From an uncultured Thermoleophilia bacterium (lineage in GTDB: Bacteria; Actinomycetota; Thermoleophilia; Gaiellales; Gaiellaceae), in the NCBI GenBank assembly GCA_963821575.1, contig CAWGEJ010000011.1, positions 241,675 to 305,674 on the forward strand: a stretch of 64,000 nucleotides of DNA. The letters are read 5' to 3'. Position numbers and translations under genes: made by a program. The notes beneath the pieces were generated by a model. That model saw only the letters and a program-made list of their open reading frames with translations, did no database searches and was not told the DNA's origin. Positions 62,299 to 64,000 of the stretch are shown in pieces; within the stretch, counting starts at the first letter, position 1, and the number at the start of each line of letters is the position of its first letter.

Positions 62299-63012
62299 GT
62301 GTCAGCGACGATCGAGATCGAGCACCTGCACGTCGTGCGCGGCGGGCGCACGGTCATCGATGATCTCTCCGTCGACGTCTCGCCCGGCCGCGTCGTGGGT
62401 CTGCTCGGGCCGAGCGGCTGCGGGAAGTCGACGCTGATGCGCGCGATCGTCGGCGTCCAGATCGTCGCGGGCGGACGCGTCGTCGTCCTCGGGCGCGACG
62501 CGGGCGACGCTTCGCTGCGCCACGAGATCGGCTACCAGACCCAGGCGCCGTCGGTGTACGCGGACCTGACGGTGACCGAGAACCTCCGGTATTTCGCCGC
62601 CGTGACGGGGGCAGAGCCCGGCCGCGTCGACGCCGTGTTGACCCAGGTCGAGCTGCAGGAGGCCGCGGGACAGGTCGTGGGCTCCCTCTCGGGAGGCCAG
62701 CGGGCACGCGTCTCGCTCGCGACCACGCTCCTGAACGAGCCCGCGGTGCTCGTGCTCGACGAGCCCACGGTCGGGCTCGACCCGATCCTCCGTGCCGATC
62801 TGTGGGGCTCGTTCCGCGAGCTCACCGACGCAGGAGCGACGCTGCTCGTCTCGAGCCATTCGATGGAGGAGGCAGCCGAGTGCGACGACCTCCTGCTGAT
62901 GCGGGACGGCGCGATGCTCGCGGTGACGACGCCGGACGAGCTCCGACGCCGCACGGGTGAGAGCGACCTCAGTCGCGCGTTCCTCGCGCTCGTTCGGGGA
63001 ACCGCCGCGTGA
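62299..63012 (+). CDS. ABC transporter ATP-binding protein (ABC-2/DrrA type)
   Basis: A GTG start gives VSATIEIEHLHVVRGGRTV...; GPSGCGKST, LSGGQRARVSLA, VLVLDEPT. Confidence 0.85.
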   Translation: MSATIEIEHLHVVRGGRTVIDDLSVDVSPGRVVGLLGPSGCGKSTLMRAIVGVQIVAGGRVVVLGRDAGDASLRHEIGYQTQAPSVYADLTVTENLRYFAAVTGAEPGRVDAVLTQVELQEAAGQVVGSLSGGQRARVSLATTLLNEPAVLVLDEPTVGLDPILRADLWGSFRELTDAGATLLVSSHSMEEAAECDDLLLMRDGAMLAVTTPDELRRRTGESDLSRAFLALVRGTAA

Positions 63013-63731
63013 TCGCCACGGCCCGGCGCGTCCTGTGGCAGATCCGCCGCGACCCGCGCACGATCGCGTTGCTGATCCTGGTGCCCGTCGGGCTGCTGAC
63101 GCTCCTTCGCTTCGTGTTCGACTCGCGACTCGCCGTGTTCCAGCACATCGGTGCGCCCATGTGCGGCCTCTTCCCGTTCATCCTGATGTTCCTGATCACG
63201 TCGATCGCGATGCTGCGGGAGCGCACATCGGGGACGCTCGAGCGCCTCATGTCGCTTCCGCTCACGAAGGCGGCACTGCTCGGCGGCTACGCGGTTGCCT
63301 TCGGCATCCTCGCCGCGCTGCAGGCGGTGATCGTGTGCACCGTCGGGTTCACCCTGCTCGGGTTGAACGCCGCCCACGGCCCGTGGCTCGTCGGCCTGCT
63401 CGCGGTCGGCAACGCCCTCCTCGGCATGGCGCTGGGCCTGTTCGCGAGCGCATTCGCCCGCACGGAGTTCCAGGCGGTGCAGTTCATGCCTGCGATCGTC
63501 TTCCCGCAGCTTCTGCTCTGCGGTCTCTTCGTGCCGCGGAGCGCCATGGCGGTCCCGTTGCAGTACATCGCGTACGTCTTCCCGCTGACATACGCGTTCG
63601 ACGCGCTCAGCCGTGCGACGCACCCCGGCGCGCTCGGGGACATGTTCGCACTCGACGTCGCCGTCGTGATCGGCGCCACGCTCGCCTCGCTGGCCCTCGG
63701 CGCCGCGACACTGCGCCGCCGAACGCCGTAG
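63009..63731 (+). CDS. ABC-2 type transporter permease
   Basis: 240 aa, six TM-like segments. GTGA overlap with the ATPase stop. Confidence 0.8.
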   Translation: MIATARRVLWQIRRDPRTIALLILVPVGLLTLLRFVFDSRLAVFQHIGAPMCGLFPFILMFLITSIAMLRERTSGTLERLMSLPLTKAALLGGYAVAFGILAALQAVIVCTVGFTLLGLNAAHGPWLVGLLAVGNALLGMALGLFASAFARTEFQAVQFMPAIVFPQLLLCGLFVPRSAMAVPLQYIAYVFPLTYAFDALSRATHPGALGDMFALDVAVVIGATLASLALGAATLRRRTP

Positions 63732-63797
63732 GCCGCCGCACAGCTGTCTGTGGTTTTCCCCGATGCGGCTGCGACACCCGGGCGCAACAGTGCAGGC

Positions 63798-63941
63798 ATG
63801 CTCCCGACTCTGAACGCTCTCGGCATGGTCGTCGCGACGCTGCTGATGCTGCTGGCAGGCCTGTCGAAGAAACGCCTCGAGTGGAAGCCGAAGCCGCGCG
63901 ACGTGACGCGGCGCGGCCGCCGGCCGCCCGGCACTGCGTGA
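63798..63941 (+). CDS. possible small membrane protein
   Basis: 47 aa: MLPTLNALGMVVATLLMLLAGLSKKRLEWKPK... One TM segment followed by a basic tail. Confidence 0.3.
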   Translation: MLPTLNALGMVVATLLMLLAGLSKKRLEWKPKPRDVTRRGRRPPGTA

Positions 63942-63959
63942 TCCGCAAAGATCAGGCAG

Positions 63960-64000
63960 ATGCATGCGATCCGCGCCGAAGGCCTGACGAAGCGGTACGG
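63960..64000 (+). CDS. ABC transporter ATP-binding protein, 5' partial (runs off the window)
   Basis: ATG CAT GCG ATC CGC GCC GAA GGC CTG ACG AAG CGG TAC GG translates to MHAIRAEGLTKRY, the typical N-terminus of ABC ATPases. Confidence 0.5.
   Translation, partial: MHAIRAEGLTKRY

Overview
The window is very GC-rich and densely coding. It looks like an actinobacterial-type chromosome: it has an F420-type luciferase-like oxidoreductase, a WhiG/FliA-type sigma factor, an Hsp20+DUF1918 pair, and many 4-nt start/stop overlaps. There is no rRNA and no CRISPR array.

Content from left to right:
- 105-4012 (-): Liv-type amino-acid ABC importer.
- 4061-10750: thiolase, EamA permease, histidine phosphatase, phosphotransferase, LLM oxidoreductase, acyl-CoA dehydrogenase (ACAD).
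- 10743-20713 (-): a 12-gene co-directional acyl-CoA/lipid-catabolic array, including an adjacent ACAD pair and a lactate-2-monooxygenase-like gene.
- 20894-20964 (-): tRNA-Cys.
- 21040-27460 (+): putrescine/GABA cluster gabT-potADBC-aldehyde dehydrogenase.
- 27469-33859: assorted hydrolases and cupins.
- ~33.9-42.9 kb: an accessory-looking stretch with a secreted beta-helix protein, a secreted HExxH protein and a giant GT4-fusion gene coupled to a GH130-like gene. It ends in LuxR and integrase gene fragments next to tRNA-Gly.
- 43037-51287 (-): RNase HI, aldehyde dehydrogenase, a degenerate EF-G paralogue with two uncharacterised partners, an ApbE/ferric-reductase-domain module, and the sigma factor.
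- 51514-51586 (+): tRNA-Trp.
- 53764-56481 (-): CHASE3 histidine kinase/CheY-only operon.
- 56623-64000: Hsp20, DUF1918, gap-ppdK-osmC, a universal stress protein and ABC-2 exporters.

The non-genic signals I consider most worth a second look are a KpnI-site-rich palindromic element present twice, each time next to a tRNA; a 44-bp repeat pair between convergent genes; and two paralogous hairpins in a 360-nt gene-free tract.

Everything was done by eye from the sequence and the ORF track. No database searches were run, so family assignments rest on recognised motifs.
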